Shown here: positions 19,676 through 31,100 of the stretch, piece after piece
Layout: the number at the start of each line of letters is the position of its first letter
Numbering within the stretch: the first letter of the stretch is position 1
Source of the DNA: an uncultured virus (IMG/VR IMGVR_UViG_2061766007_000307)
Taxonomy: Duplodnaviria; Heunggongvirae; Uroviricota; Caudoviricetes
IMG/VR virus record: IMGVR_UViG_2061766007_000307
Length of the DNA: 64,000 nt
Reading direction: 5' to 3' (one strand)
Position numbers and translations under genes: made by a program
The notes under the pieces: generated by a model
What the model was told of the DNA's origin: nothing
The model's input: only the letters and a program-made list of their open reading frames with translations
The model's database searches: none

Positions 19676-20851
19676 ATGGCTAAATTATCTAACATAACAC
19701 CAGGTATTGCTGTTGTAAAGGAGAGGATTAAGTCTACAGATGTCTTGCGTGTAGGTATCAACGCTATGGGGCTCGTGTGTGTAGGCACTGAAGATGATAG
19801 ACTGAAATCTGATGTAGTTTGCGCGCTTGAACCTGCTAAAGGATTGTTCTTGAACAACCCGAGAGCTGTCTGTGAAATAAGTGTTATTGATGATTCATTC
19901 AGTAGCATATACCGATTAGAAAAGAAATTCTGCATCACAGATGCTTTATATATAGATCCCCAGCAGATAGCAGCTGCTTGCTCGCTTCCTTATACTCCAG
20001 CTCAAAGAATATTGCTCACACCTAAAATGATATTGGATCTCCAAGCTATCATGTGCGGCCAGTCGAATGTTAATATTTGTGAGTATTTGAAATTCTCAGC
20101 AAACGCACTGTCTATTCCTGGAACACCTATATATGGATTGACTGTGAATAAAGTGTTTATCAAAGACCGGAGATCTGAATATATGACACGTATTCCAGAT
20201 GAACAATGGAGCATGAGTGATACATATAAAGATATAGTATGGAAGTCTTTAGTAAGCATAGCTTTCAACTACATCCAGAAGAATCCTGACGCTACTCCAG
20301 ACGATATATGTATGATGTATATCAAGACATACGGATCATCATGGATCACAAAGCTCGTAGTGTTCAATAGCAAGCCTGCAGATATAGAGCTTCCTAAGTT
20401 CATGACAGCTTTAGCTTCATCTAGCATTTCATCAAAGCAGCTGGTCAATGCATATCAATTGATGCTGGCTATCCTTAAAGGACGATTCTGCGGAATCAAC
20501 AGAATGGATAGAGATGATACTGCTGAGTACATCAAGAGCATGCAAAAAGAGATTGCAGATAAGATAAACAGTGCTCTAGGAGATGCTGAAGATATCAATG
20601 CACTTCAAAATGACAAACACGATCAGGATCAGCACAAAGAGAAGCGTGTTGATACAGAAGATAAAAATCCTGATAGCGGATCTGAAGAAAAGCCGGGCAA
20701 GGAACCTGACAAGGAACCAGACACTAAACCTGATGAGAAATCTGACAAGAAATCTGATAGCACAGAAGAAAAGTCTCACGACAAGCATGATGATGATAGA
20801 GAAGAGGCTGACGGCGAAGAAGAAGGAGATTATACTGCAGATGAAGAATAA
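19676..20851 (+). CDS. Hypothetical protein with highly charged low-complexity C-terminal tail
   Basis: 391 aa ORF, K/D/E-rich tail, GTAAATA at 19642. Confidence 0.7.
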   Translation: MAKLSNITPGIAVVKERIKSTDVLRVGINAMGLVCVGTEDDRLKSDVVCALEPAKGLFLNNPRAVCEISVIDDSFSSIYRLEKKFCITDALYIDPQQIAAACSLPYTPAQRILLTPKMILDLQAIMCGQSNVNICEYLKFSANALSIPGTPIYGLTVNKVFIKDRRSEYMTRIPDEQWSMSDTYKDIVWKSLVSIAFNYIQKNPDATPDDICMMYIKTYGSSWITKLVVFNSKPADIELPKFMTALASSSISSKQLVNAYQLMLAILKGRFCGINRMDRDDTAEYIKSMQKEIADKINSALGDAEDINALQNDKHDQDQHKEKRVDTEDKNPDSGSEEKPGKEPDKEPDTKPDEKSDKKSDSTEEKSHDKHDDDREEADGEEEGDYTADEE

Positions 20852-20853
20852 TC

Positions 20854-21744
20854 ATGAAATCATTTGATAAAGATAACATACATGGAGTCCCTAACGGAGT
20901 CGGGTCAGCATGCGAATGCCAATGTGACCCTGAAAGAGACTGGGATGATCAGGAAGATCTTGATGCAGAATATGAAGACGCCCTCAATGCATTCATACAG
21001 CAGATCAATTCTGATGTTACTGTAGGATGTGCACTGCCCTTCAATGTACCTTCTAAAGAGATCAAGCGTATAATAGACCAGGCTTTCAAATTCTTCGTCA
21101 GAGAGCATATGGATTATACATATCCTGAGTCTCTATTGGTTTCATGCAGTGTAATGAGGAAATGGGTACATCAGCAGGGTGTTGAAGATGTATGTACTCC
21201 AAGATCTCAAAGACGAAGAGGAAAGCTTCTTCTTCCCAGAGATGTCGAATATGTTGACGGAGTATATGATCTATACAGAAACTTCGGAGAAGGTGGAGGA
21301 TCTCGTTATGTAGGTGGTCTTGCATATACAGTGCCGCAGAAATTCGGTATAGATTCACAGTACGCACTTGCTGATTGCGCAGAGTATTCTATATGTATGC
21401 TATCATTCAGTGATTTGATCCGAATGGTCACAGTGCCTCCTGTATCTACTACATTCAATCCTATTAATAAAACTCTTTACTTTACAGGCCATATTCCTAT
21501 AGGAGATGTAGTGATATGTGTAAGGTCTCACATAGATAAAATAGATGCTTTCAATGATGATCTGTTTTTCAGATACTGTGTATGCCAATGTAAATTGCAG
21601 CTTGGTGAAATCCTTGAAAGATATAATTACACATTGCCAGGTAATATCACATTGAAGTCTCCGGCAGATTCTGCAAGGAGTGAATTATCTGAATTGAAAG
21701 AAGAAATTCGCCAATATAATATGCCACAGATGCTTACTGTGTGA
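20854..21744 (+). CDS. T4 gp13-like neck/head completion protein
   Basis: IKRIIDQAFKFF and FRYCVCQCKLQLGEILERYNYTLPGNITL resemble gp13 motifs. Confidence 0.75.
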   Translation: MKSFDKDNIHGVPNGVGSACECQCDPERDWDDQEDLDAEYEDALNAFIQQINSDVTVGCALPFNVPSKEIKRIIDQAFKFFVREHMDYTYPESLLVSCSVMRKWVHQQGVEDVCTPRSQRRRGKLLLPRDVEYVDGVYDLYRNFGEGGGSRYVGGLAYTVPQKFGIDSQYALADCAEYSICMLSFSDLIRMVTVPPVSTTFNPINKTLYFTGHIPIGDVVICVRSHIDKIDAFNDDLFFRYCVCQCKLQLGEILERYNYTLPGNITLKSPADSARSELSELKEEIRQYNMPQMLTV

Positions 21745-21798
21745 TTATATTATCGAATGACTGCAATATTATTTTTCGTACATTTTGAATTTGATACT

Positions 21799-21834
21799 AA
21801 AGATGCACTATTGCGAAGTAGTGCATCTTTTTTT
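21799..21834 (+). terminator. Intrinsic terminator
   Basis: aaagatgcacta-loop-tagtgcatcttttttt. Confidence 0.8.
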
Positions 21835-21891
21835 ATGTGATTATATATGTAATCAAACCATTGTAAATAATACATAGCATTACATCGCGTC

Positions 21892-22107
21892 ATGATAACA
21901 TACGAAAAATACATTTCAGGCATACAGTGTGCAATAGACTCTAGACCTAAATATATCAGGAAAGGCCAAGCAGTGTTCACATATATAGAACAAGAGTATC
22001 CTGGAGTATGTCGTAGTGTGATGGAAGAGATCGATTGTTTCTATAACGATTTGTATATCAATCAGTTTATAGATGCTTGTTGGAAGATTATTGATAGTCA
22101 GAAATAA
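21892..22107 (+). CDS. Small hypothetical phage protein
   Basis: 71 aa ORF with RKGQAVF..DCFY. Confidence 0.65.
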   Translation: MITYEKYISGIQCAIDSRPKYIRKGQAVFTYIEQEYPGVCRSVMEEIDCFYNDLYINQFIDACWKIIDSQK

Positions 22108-22114
22108 TAATGAT

Positions 22115-22741
22115 ATGAAATCAAGGTTTGCTGTGATGAACAATGATAAGAGAGCTCAGCTAGAGTTTTATATAAACAACACTGAGGGTCCTGTTGTGCA
22201 TTTTTGGGGCGATGGATGGGTAGGGTGGAATGAACTGCGAGATGCTATAAACGAAATGCAGTCATATATCAGAAAGTCCAGAGTTCTTGTATACGACAAG
22301 GAGAAATTCGGAACTTATAGATTCGATATTGTGCATATGTATGACGGAACTTTGAAATCTATTATCCAGCCTTCATATAATATGGATTTCACATGGAGTT
22401 CTTATAATGTATGGGCATATAAGCACATACCTAAATTATACAGCTTCTTCAGAAAATATATATGTATCAGTGTGGACAAGATACTTCATTATATCAGTGC
22501 TGCAGATAGAGCATTGAGTAAATTAGTACCTGATTCATTTATATCTTGGGTCAGATCTAAACAGCTGCATGTGATCAATAAAGGGTTCCAAGAAGTGCTG
22601 CTAAGACACCCTTCTATAGTCCATGAATTTGTTTCTGATGTAGATTGCTGGGAACATATCAAACCTTTTGGTGATTATATAGTTGACGGATCAGTTATAC
22701 ATAATATGCACTGGAAGCGTATGAGTGATACTGATGCCTGA
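22115..22741 (+). CDS. Hypothetical protein
   Basis: ORF; probable start MKSRFAV just after the upstream stop. Confidence 0.6.
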   Translation: MKSRFAVMNNDKRAQLEFYINNTEGPVVHFWGDGWVGWNELRDAINEMQSYIRKSRVLVYDKEKFGTYRFDIVHMYDGTLKSIIQPSYNMDFTWSSYNVWAYKHIPKLYSFFRKYICISVDKILHYISAADRALSKLVPDSFISWVRSKQLHVINKGFQEVLLRHPSIVHEFVSDVDCWEHIKPFGDYIVDGSVIHNMHWKRMSDTDA

Positions 22742-22786
22742 AACAAACTGAAGATCATTTTACATTTTCGCTATATTTTCTCTGTT

Positions 22787-22819
22787 ATACGGCTGCTGTG
22801 AAGCAGTCGTATTTTTTTT
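22787..22819 (+). terminator. Intrinsic terminator
   Basis: atacggctgct-gtga-agcagtcgtat plus T-run between convergent genes. Confidence 0.75.
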
Positions 22820-22841
22820 GTGAAACACTTGCATTTTTTGT

Positions 22842-24125
22842 TTAAGCTATATTGATGATAGATCCGTCATTAAGCTTGACGACATCTCCAGGGCCCACAA
22901 TCTTATCAATAGTAATCTTTCTGCCATCGCTCAGGCTGATAATAGAATGCTTACCATCTGCAGTGATAGATACAGAAGCTTTTGCTTCAGATTTGATAGT
23001 GCCATCATCGTAAATGTACCCATCCACGCTCTCCCCTATCTTATCAGTACCCAGAGCATCGTTATACATTTCGTATGTCTCTATCTCAACGTCTGTGATA
23101 ACACTGATTCCGTCTATATCTTCTCTTGTTATATTGACTTTTGATGGTCTCTTATATCCTCGTATTTTTCCATTCAGGTTATCCTCTTCCCACTTCTGAG
23201 TTGTCTTATTGTATTTCAGAGAATATACTGGAGTGAGTGCGTTCTTCTGGGTTGCAATATTTTTCTCGGCTGCTTTATTGACATCCTTCATCATAGAATC
23301 TGCTTTAGCTTTAAGGCTCATCAGAGATGCAAGATTCTTGAGATCAAAGAATGGGAAGAAATATTCTATATCCTCTATTATCTGCATTATAAGCTTGATC
23401 AGACGTATGATCATATTCAAGACTACGCATATGTTTATAAGCAGAGTAATGATGGAATATATAGGATTCGTGACACACATTCCGACTGTTGCAGGAACAG
23501 GAGCTTGGGCTGTCATCTTTATTATGTGCTGAGGGATGTTCTTTGCTAAGGTCTGGCATTCCTCGAACATAAAATCTATCTTATTGCATCTGTAGTCTAT
23601 CTCTTTTCTGCTGCGTCCATTCTCTTTATAGTTTCCTTTGACTGCAGCTACAGCAGATTTGTATATCATCAGCTTGTCCTGATATTCTCTCTGGAGCCTC
23701 CGGATTTCTTTATCAGCAAACTCTTTAGCATTTCTGATGGCTGCCTCTTTCAGTCTATCAGCCACATCATTGGAATTATTGATGTTAGCCTGAGCAACTT
23801 GATTAAGTCTGCTCTCTACGGTGCCTACCTGCCTTTCAAAATGAAGAAGATCTCTTTTGAATTTATGTCTCACACAACAACAGCCACCCTGCATCTTCCC
23901 AGATCCTGAAGGAGACAGGCTTGTCCAGCTCTTGACATTGTTAAGCTTCTTAGTGCCTAATGTTTTCAAGTTAGCTAAAGATTTGTTCATCTGAGTTCTG
24001 ACCTCAGCAATAGCCTCTGCAGGTGATGGTGGTATAGATACATTCTGCGTGATATCTGCAAGATCTTGGGCCATCTTTGTTGCATATAGGACTTTTCTTA
24101 CTGGAGGTACCATCAATTTTGCCAT
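22842..24125 (-). CDS. Hypothetical coiled-coil protein with a hydrophobic segment, probably late
   Basis: 427 aa ORF; GTAAATA 34 nt upstream. Confidence 0.7.
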   Translation of the reverse strand: MAKLMVPPVRKVLYATKMAQDLADITQNVSIPPSPAEAIAEVRTQMNKSLANLKTLGTKKLNNVKSWTSLSPSGSGKMQGGCCCVRHKFKRDLLHFERQVGTVESRLNQVAQANINNSNDVADRLKEAAIRNAKEFADKEIRRLQREYQDKLMIYKSAVAAVKGNYKENGRSRKEIDYRCNKIDFMFEECQTLAKNIPQHIIKMTAQAPVPATVGMCVTNPIYSIITLLINICVVLNMIIRLIKLIMQIIEDIEYFFPFFDLKNLASLMSLKAKADSMMKDVNKAAEKNIATQKNALTPVYSLKYNKTTQKWEEDNLNGKIRGYKRPSKVNITREDIDGISVITDVEIETYEMYNDALGTDKIGESVDGYIYDDGTIKSEAKASVSITADGKHSIISLSDGRKITIDKIVGPGDVVKLNDGSIINIA

Positions 24126-24198
24126 AGCTGATTGTTTTTCAATTAGATGAATTATTTACTGGTCGTGTAAATAATGTATACTGATTTTCTTTTGAGTT

Positions 24199-24408
24199 AT
24201 GGGAATATTGGTTATGCTTATTTTAATTATAGTATTTGCATTAGCTTTCAGTATAATGTCATATACTCATGGAATAGATATCGATGGTCTTGAAAAGAAA
24301 GCTCGAAACAAGATGGCTGAAAAAGACAAGTATATCGATGAGTTGAGATCAGAACTAAGGTACAAACAGTACGAAGTAGATAATGTTTGCGGATATAATG
24401 CCAAATAA
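24199..24408 (+). CDS. Small membrane-anchored coiled-coil protein
   Basis: N-terminal TM helix; GTAAATA at 24167. Confidence 0.6.
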   Translation: MGILVMLILIIVFALAFSIMSYTHGIDIDGLEKKARNKMAEKDKYIDELRSELRYKQYEVDNVCGYNAK

Positions 24409-24409
24409 T

Positions 24410-25749
24410 ATTTTGCATATAGAATAATTTTTCTTAAGTTGAAAATAGTACAAGAAGACTTGAAAAATGAGAGCAGTCTATAAGTTCTACATACGTCACA
24501 ACGACGAGCTTGACAAGTTGTTCCGTACATCGAACAACTTATACAACCAGGCTCTATATCTATTCCGTCTGCGTCTTGATGCTGATGGTACATGGACGTG
24601 GTATAACGACATGGATAAGCTCATCAAGGGTGTAACCAATCTTGACGGTGAATGTAATTATAAGTTACTGAAGTCTCAATGTTCACAGCAGATTCTCCGT
24701 GTTCTGGACAAGAACATGAAGTCATACTGCAAAAGCATAAAGGATTGGAAGAAACACCCAGAGAAGTACAAAGGTATGCCTCAGATACCGCATTATCGCA
24801 AGCGTGGTGGTATGTTTAACCTGTACTATACCAATCAGTCATGCAGTATCAAGGATGGCCGTATTAAATTTGCAAAGGATTTGTTCGTAGATATTCCTCA
24901 GTGGAATAAATACGGCAGCCGCCTTGCTAAATTCAACCAGGTACGATTGATTCCTAACGACTGCAATATCAAGGTTGAGATTGTTTATGACTACAAGGTA
25001 CAGCACGCAGATGTTGACAAGAGTAAATGCGCTGCTATTGACCTAGGACTTGACAATCTCGCTACGATGGTGACCGATGATGGTTGTGTTATCTTCAGTG
25101 GAAAATACCTCAAATCATATAATCAATACTTCAACAAGACACTTTCTCACTTGCAGTCCATCAAGGACCAGCAAGGCATGAAGCGAAGTACAAGAAGAAT
25201 CATTCGCATGTACAACAAGAGAGACCGCTACTTTGAGGATGCATTCCACAAGGTCAGCCGTCAGATTGTTGACATGCTTGTAGAGAAAAAGATAGGCAGG
25301 CTAGTTGTAGGCTACAATGCTGGATGGAAACAAAAATCCTACATAGGCAAGAGGAACAACCAAAAGTTTGTTCAGATGCCTTTTGCGAGATTAGTCTCCT
25401 GTCTCCAATACAAGTGCGAAATGGTTGGAATAGACTTCGTGAAGCACGAGGAAAGTTACACAAGCAAATGTGATGCACTGGCTCTTGAACCAATCTGCAA
25501 GCATGAACAATACCTTGGCAGAAGAACGAAGAGAGGACTCTTCCTTTCATCTACAGGCAAGCTTATAAATGCAGACCATAATGGGGCTTTGAACATCATG
25601 AGAAAAGTAGTTGGCGATTCCTATGTAAATGGGATAGTCAATAGTGGGCACTCGTTATGCCCTATACGACACCGCAATCTGTTTGTGCAGATTACAGGAA
25701 GTATGCAAAAAGTATAATACATTTTAACAATTTCAATACTTTTAATAAC
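24410..25749 (+). mobile_element. tnpB-only insertion element; ends approximate
   Basis: tnpB with codon style different from its neighbours, inserted between late genes. Confidence 0.55.
24467..25717 (+). CDS. tnpB: TnpB RNA-guided endonuclease (no tnpA adjacent)
   Basis: NNLYNQALY, AAIDLGLDNL, HKVSRQIV, EESYTSK and INADHNGALNI motifs. Confidence 0.9.
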   Translation: MRAVYKFYIRHNDELDKLFRTSNNLYNQALYLFRLRLDADGTWTWYNDMDKLIKGVTNLDGECNYKLLKSQCSQQILRVLDKNMKSYCKSIKDWKKHPEKYKGMPQIPHYRKRGGMFNLYYTNQSCSIKDGRIKFAKDLFVDIPQWNKYGSRLAKFNQVRLIPNDCNIKVEIVYDYKVQHADVDKSKCAAIDLGLDNLATMVTDDGCVIFSGKYLKSYNQYFNKTLSHLQSIKDQQGMKRSTRRIIRMYNKRDRYFEDAFHKVSRQIVDMLVEKKIGRLVVGYNAGWKQKSYIGKRNNQKFVQMPFARLVSCLQYKCEMVGIDFVKHEESYTSKCDALALEPICKHEQYLGRRTKRGLFLSSTGKLINADHNGALNIMRKVVGDSYVNGIVNSGHSLCPIRHRNLFVQITGSMQKV

Positions 25750-25768
25750 GTAAGGCTAAATAGAACAT

Positions 25769-26806
25769 ATGGACTTCTTTGAAGGTAGAATATATAAAGC
25801 ACAAGGGATGAATCTTGACAATATTGTACATTCCAGGGTTCCTGTAGTGTGTGGTAGCTTGTCTGTACAAAACGAAAAGCTATATTATTGTAAATCATGC
25901 ACTTACAATAGTAATTCGAGAATGTATGATCTAGAATGGGCTATTGTGAAGGGTCTCGGCGGCGATTCTAGTATATATAATAGAGCCAGCGGACAAGAAT
26001 GCGTCTCTGTGGATACTGGTGATGTTGTTGTTGATGCTGCCATAAAAGGTCAGCAAGATAGAGAGACGATCTTTGAACAGCAGATTTCTTTAGATACTAA
26101 TAAGATTCTAGCTTCTCATCCTGCTAACGGGTCTCTTTTAGCTGCTACCATAGGTTCTTCTAACATCAATACACCTATAAGAGACCTGCTTCTGTATGCT
26201 TCGCAGTCTGATCTTTCAATCGACGGCCAGCTTGTAGATAAACATTATTATCTCACAAACAGACGCAAGCTATCAGATTCATTAGTAAATGCTGGAGCAT
26301 CGATCCCTCCAGTAGAACACCACATTGCTGTTCCTGCATACACTACAGAAAATAATGGCGTGCAGGCTTATATGCCTTCATATGGAGCTACTCAGGCTTC
26401 TGATTATTTCACTGTAGGATCATCTTCTACTACTGCAGCTGTCAAAGTGATGTATTTTGGCGATAATATCTACACTCTTATAGGTGCACATATAGTGTTG
26501 ATTCATCGCAACAGACTATATGCGGGTTCTATCAGCGAAATAACACAAAACGGATCTGCATATACTGCTGTAATGGGTAATATTGCACAAAGCAGCAATT
26601 CGTTCAACGTAACGTCAGTATCAATCGCTTCTTCTGGTAGCGTATTGCCTGCATATAGCAACAACAAAGTGGACAGCTGTACTTCAAATATAGCCAAAGA
26701 TATAAAATATGTCCAGATGACGTTTACTGTATCATCCGATGTGAGTCTTGCTAATGAGAGATTCATGTGTTATGTAAAACTAGATTCTTCTTTTGTTGCG
26801 AAGTAA
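25769..26806 (+). CDS. Putative tail/baseplate structural protein
   Basis: Ser/Val-rich beta-type ORF in the structural cluster. Confidence 0.5.
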   Translation: MDFFEGRIYKAQGMNLDNIVHSRVPVVCGSLSVQNEKLYYCKSCTYNSNSRMYDLEWAIVKGLGGDSSIYNRASGQECVSVDTGDVVVDAAIKGQQDRETIFEQQISLDTNKILASHPANGSLLAATIGSSNINTPIRDLLLYASQSDLSIDGQLVDKHYYLTNRRKLSDSLVNAGASIPPVEHHIAVPAYTTENNGVQAYMPSYGATQASDYFTVGSSSTTAAVKVMYFGDNIYTLIGAHIVLIHRNRLYAGSISEITQNGSAYTAVMGNIAQSSNSFNVTSVSIASSGSVLPAYSNNKVDSCTSNIAKDIKYVQMTFTVSSDVSLANERFMCYVKLDSSFVAK

Positions 26807-26833
26807 ATTGATTATACAAGAAAATATATAGAT

Positions 26834-28198
26834 ATGAACAGACCTGTAGGTATGAGTGATGGTATTTTGAAGCTTGCTAAGCTTTCAAAAGCAAACTCCC
26901 TAGACGAGATAAAAGCAATATTTAACTTCAATATGGACCAGCTTATGGTCTTTGGAAGCGGTGTGAAGGGTGATCCAGGAGATAAGGGTAATCCTGGTCT
27001 GCAAGGAGACCAGGGATACTGTGTATACGGAAATGGTGGTTCAGATTCATCATATGATGCCATCCGTCAGGCAGTAGAAGAAGAGGAGTCGGTAAATTCC
27101 GACGAAAATACTGAAGGAGCAGATTTCTTCATCAACCAGAAAGGTATATTCAAAGTATACAGAGACGGTGACCGCGATGTCCATACTATGCTCGTTTGGA
27201 AAGAAGAAGATAGCGCAAACGGTACTATTCCGTTCATCATAAAGAAAGCAGAAGAGGCAAAAGTTGCTCCACAAGTCACTCAACATTGGAATGATATAGA
27301 CTATGTCAATAGAATCACACCTAACAACGGCAAGCCTGTTGTTCTTGTAGGAGACAAGAGCATGGCTGATACAGGAACATTGGATCCTATAGCAGACAGT
27401 CCGCTTATGATGTATCAGGATGGATCCATAGCTTTCGTTAATTCTAATGGAACAACTACATACACATACTCTATCAATGCATCATATAAAGAGCGCGGTT
27501 CAGATTTCGGACGTTCTGGATTATGGCTGGGTGCTCATTATGACTCTACTGTAAACAATTCGAACGACAGTTCAAAACTTCCTCATATCTTTTTAGATTA
27601 TCTAGGAAGAGGAGAAAATATAAGCAATTTTGCATTTATCAAAGGTATAGTAGCTAGCGAAGGTGTTGTCACTACAGCAGGCAAGCTGACATTAGCAGAA
27701 TACAAAGATAAGACAGATGCTATAGCATCTAGAGCTTTCATACAGAATACATCAGTATACCGCAGTGCAAGCACTCTATTTGACACTAATCTGACTGTCA
27801 GTGTTTTGGGTCATGCTGATAATTATTGCATCATCAACATCAAAGGAGTCATAGGCTCAGACCTTATCAATAGAGGTATAGGTAATAAGCATATTGATAT
27901 TCCATATGAAGGTGCATATTCATGCAATCCTTCAGTGCCGGAACTCGTATTTGGACATGTTGTAAATTCTTATGGACCAGAGCATATTGAATTCTATGGG
28001 TCATCATTTGCTGAACTAGGATTGATGAATAATTCACAAGGATTGCTTGTTGAATTCCGTTCTACTGCATATGGAGGCACAATGAACCTATATATCAATA
28101 GCAGCAATGAATCTGGTGCATCATTACTGTCTGATTATAATAATAAAGGGGTGTTTGTTGATCTGACTATTAAAATAGATCTTACTAGCCTAAGTTGA
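26834..28198 (+). CDS. Putative tail fibre protein with short collagen-like repeat
   Basis: GVKGDPGDKGNPGLQGDQG after the N-terminal IFNFNMDQL. Confidence 0.55.
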   Translation: MNRPVGMSDGILKLAKLSKANSLDEIKAIFNFNMDQLMVFGSGVKGDPGDKGNPGLQGDQGYCVYGNGGSDSSYDAIRQAVEEEESVNSDENTEGADFFINQKGIFKVYRDGDRDVHTMLVWKEEDSANGTIPFIIKKAEEAKVAPQVTQHWNDIDYVNRITPNNGKPVVLVGDKSMADTGTLDPIADSPLMMYQDGSIAFVNSNGTTTYTYSINASYKERGSDFGRSGLWLGAHYDSTVNNSNDSSKLPHIFLDYLGRGENISNFAFIKGIVASEGVVTTAGKLTLAEYKDKTDAIASRAFIQNTSVYRSASTLFDTNLTVSVLGHADNYCIINIKGVIGSDLINRGIGNKHIDIPYEGAYSCNPSVPELVFGHVVNSYGPEHIEFYGSSFAELGLMNNSQGLLVEFRSTAYGGTMNLYINSSNESGASLLSDYNNKGVFVDLTIKIDLTSLS

Positions 28199-31100
28199 AC
28201 ATAACTATGAAGCAATTAGTCACTACACATGAACTTGCAGGTAACTATACTGTTGTTATAGATACTGTCAAAGATAAGATATATTTGGATACCCTTGATT
28301 GCGAGCGTCCAGGAATAACTATGGAAGCTAACATGCAGGGGTCTCTTATGATGGACGTAGCTAATATGTTCAGAAAGTACAACATCAAAAAATACCCTGA
28401 TGTGTATGAGATCAATGACAATGTTACAGGCAAAGAAGATCTTTACAGTTCAATAGATACTGTAAAATATAGAGCAAGGACTATAAGGATCAATGATGAT
28501 CAATTGAGAGTGTTTGCTCCTATCATATTACAGACAGATGAACAGATACCTGATGTCTTCGTACTGTATAGAAGAGACCTTTCTATGTCTAAAGAAAAGC
28601 TTGATGATCCTGATACTAAAGATGAAATCGTAGCTGTAGTGGATCTTCATAGGAATAACATTTCAGAATATATCCAGCCGAAGGAGTATGCTACTGCTTA
28701 CATTCATGGCAATAGCAGATATATTAAAGGTATAGATTCTGAAACAGGACAGTTTGTCAAAGCTGATCTATATTCAGATAGCATTATGAAAGAAGAGATA
28801 GCTACAGAAGATCTCATCTATCAGTCATATAAAGACAAGCTGCTGCTATATAATAGCATTGTGAATATATCTTTCGTTATTAAAGATGATAAGATATATG
28901 AGCATCAGTCTGAATCTAGTATGGATGTGAAATGTAAAGACACTTCTGCTTATCTATATTGGGGCAGATATGCTACATTGAACCGTATTGAAGATATAGA
29001 GAATATCACTATCGAGAGCAGCTGGGGTAGTCCTGAAGATACTCGCAAAGACATCTTTGTGTATAAGATACAGGACGATCTTCAGAAACCTAGGCTTGAA
29101 TATACAGGAAAATCTAATCCGGTAGTATCTTTAGCGTCTAAAGATATTCTTCTGCGCCATCATAACGGAGGATTCGAAAGTATCACATTCGATGGATTCG
29201 GAGGAGCTAATCTGAAATATAATGAAGACCATAAGAGCAAATATGTTGATATAGATAGAGTGACGTATACTATAGACAGCTATGCAGAAATGCTTCCTTC
29301 TATGTCATTCGAATATCCGTCATCTGAATGCTCGCTTTCTATATTGATGTCATTGAATGATGAGTTTATCCATTACTTCAATGCAGTTACACGCATAGAT
29401 ATAAGATGGGTCAAGAGTATCAATGAGAATGAAGACTCGTCTCATTGCATCCTTTTAAGCAGTTCTCTGAATGACCAGATACAAAAACTGAAGAGTATTG
29501 TAGGAACATATTTCAATGTGAGCTGGCCAACAGACGCCAAAAAAGACGACAGACCTATTGTTACTATTACTACTCGAGGTGATAACGTATTAAATTTCAA
29601 TTACTTACGTTTTACTAAAACATCAAGATTGAATCTTATAGGTATATATAGCAAAACAGAAATAAATTCAGGAAGTCCTCGAGTGCATCTGTATGAGTAT
29701 TCGTTCACTTCGAAAGATTCATATGCTAAAATACCTAGAGAGAGTTCAGACGATTTCATTTCATATGCAAGAGATAAATATATAGAGCTCAAGGATGTTG
29801 ATAATACATGCGTTCATGACAAGATACATGAATGCTTCGCTGATAGCAGTTTCTATTACGTCAGAACAGGATCTGTTATAGAAACAGATGATAGCTTCCA
29901 TTATCTATGCGGAGGAGTCGTAGATGGCAATACATTGAGCTTCTATAATATGAAAGCTAGCAGTATATATACTATAACTCCTACTAAAGTAGGTGATTTC
30001 ATTGATATACGTACAGCATATCTTTCAGATAATGAACCTGTTGGCATTACAGATGACTCCAAGCCAGTTGATGTAAAGACACGAGTTGCTTGGTGCGATT
30101 ATTCATCTGTAGATAAAAATGGTAACAGCCTGATACCTTCTGTGGCTTCTCCTGCAGGTATCATAGATGTGTATTCTGCTGCATCTTCTAAGGACAGCTG
30201 GTCATACGGCCAGATTCTTTATAATGCATATAAGTCTACATATAAAGAAGGCAATATAGACGCTGATTACTTCAAGAGTACTTGTTTCAAATCAGATAAT
30301 ATAGAGAATAATTATCTATTAGATGTCTTTGAGCAGTGTTTTGAAGATTACCCGGAATATCCAGATAAAAACAAATTGGATTTTATAAAGGTTGTCATGT
30401 CTCTGATGTGTCAGGGAACTAAAAACGACGATAATAATCCTTTCAGTGAGGACACTTACACACCATTGTTCATATTCGAAGAGCTCCCAGAAAATATATG
30501 TTTGGCTAGCAGGCTGAAATCTGCTATATTCAATGGATATTATACATATCTGCGCAATAACGGAAAAGGAGGACAGCTTGATGAAAGTGACATCATTGCA
30601 ATCTTGTCAAAGATAGGGGAAGCTATGAAAAACGTGTCTATCAACACGGCATCTAAATCTATCAAGTCGTATCTGACAACATGTCCACAATCTGTATTAG
30701 ATGATATTACTGTCAAAGTGAACCCGGTCCTTTACGATGATGAACTTTTCTGTATGTTATTCGGAGTGCCTTTCAAAACAGATATCAAGTATTCTGAATA
30801 TACATTCAGATCTATTATAGTTCCATGCCCTAGATTCTTGCTCCGCACAGAAGAAGATACTAAAGTATATAATCCTGCTATAACGGAGTTCGCTATCAAT
30901 ACTGAAGCTAAAGCATTCACTATAGTGACATTCTTAGATATCCCTGTAGTTATGCCTTTCGCCATGAAGACTGATGATTTCGGTTCAGACCTTACATTAT
31001 CTACAATGTTCGGCTATTTCGACAGGAATATGCTGCAGCTTATAGGCAATGGCGAAGGCATACAGCATGTCGGTGATGATGACGATGAACAGCCAGCAAG

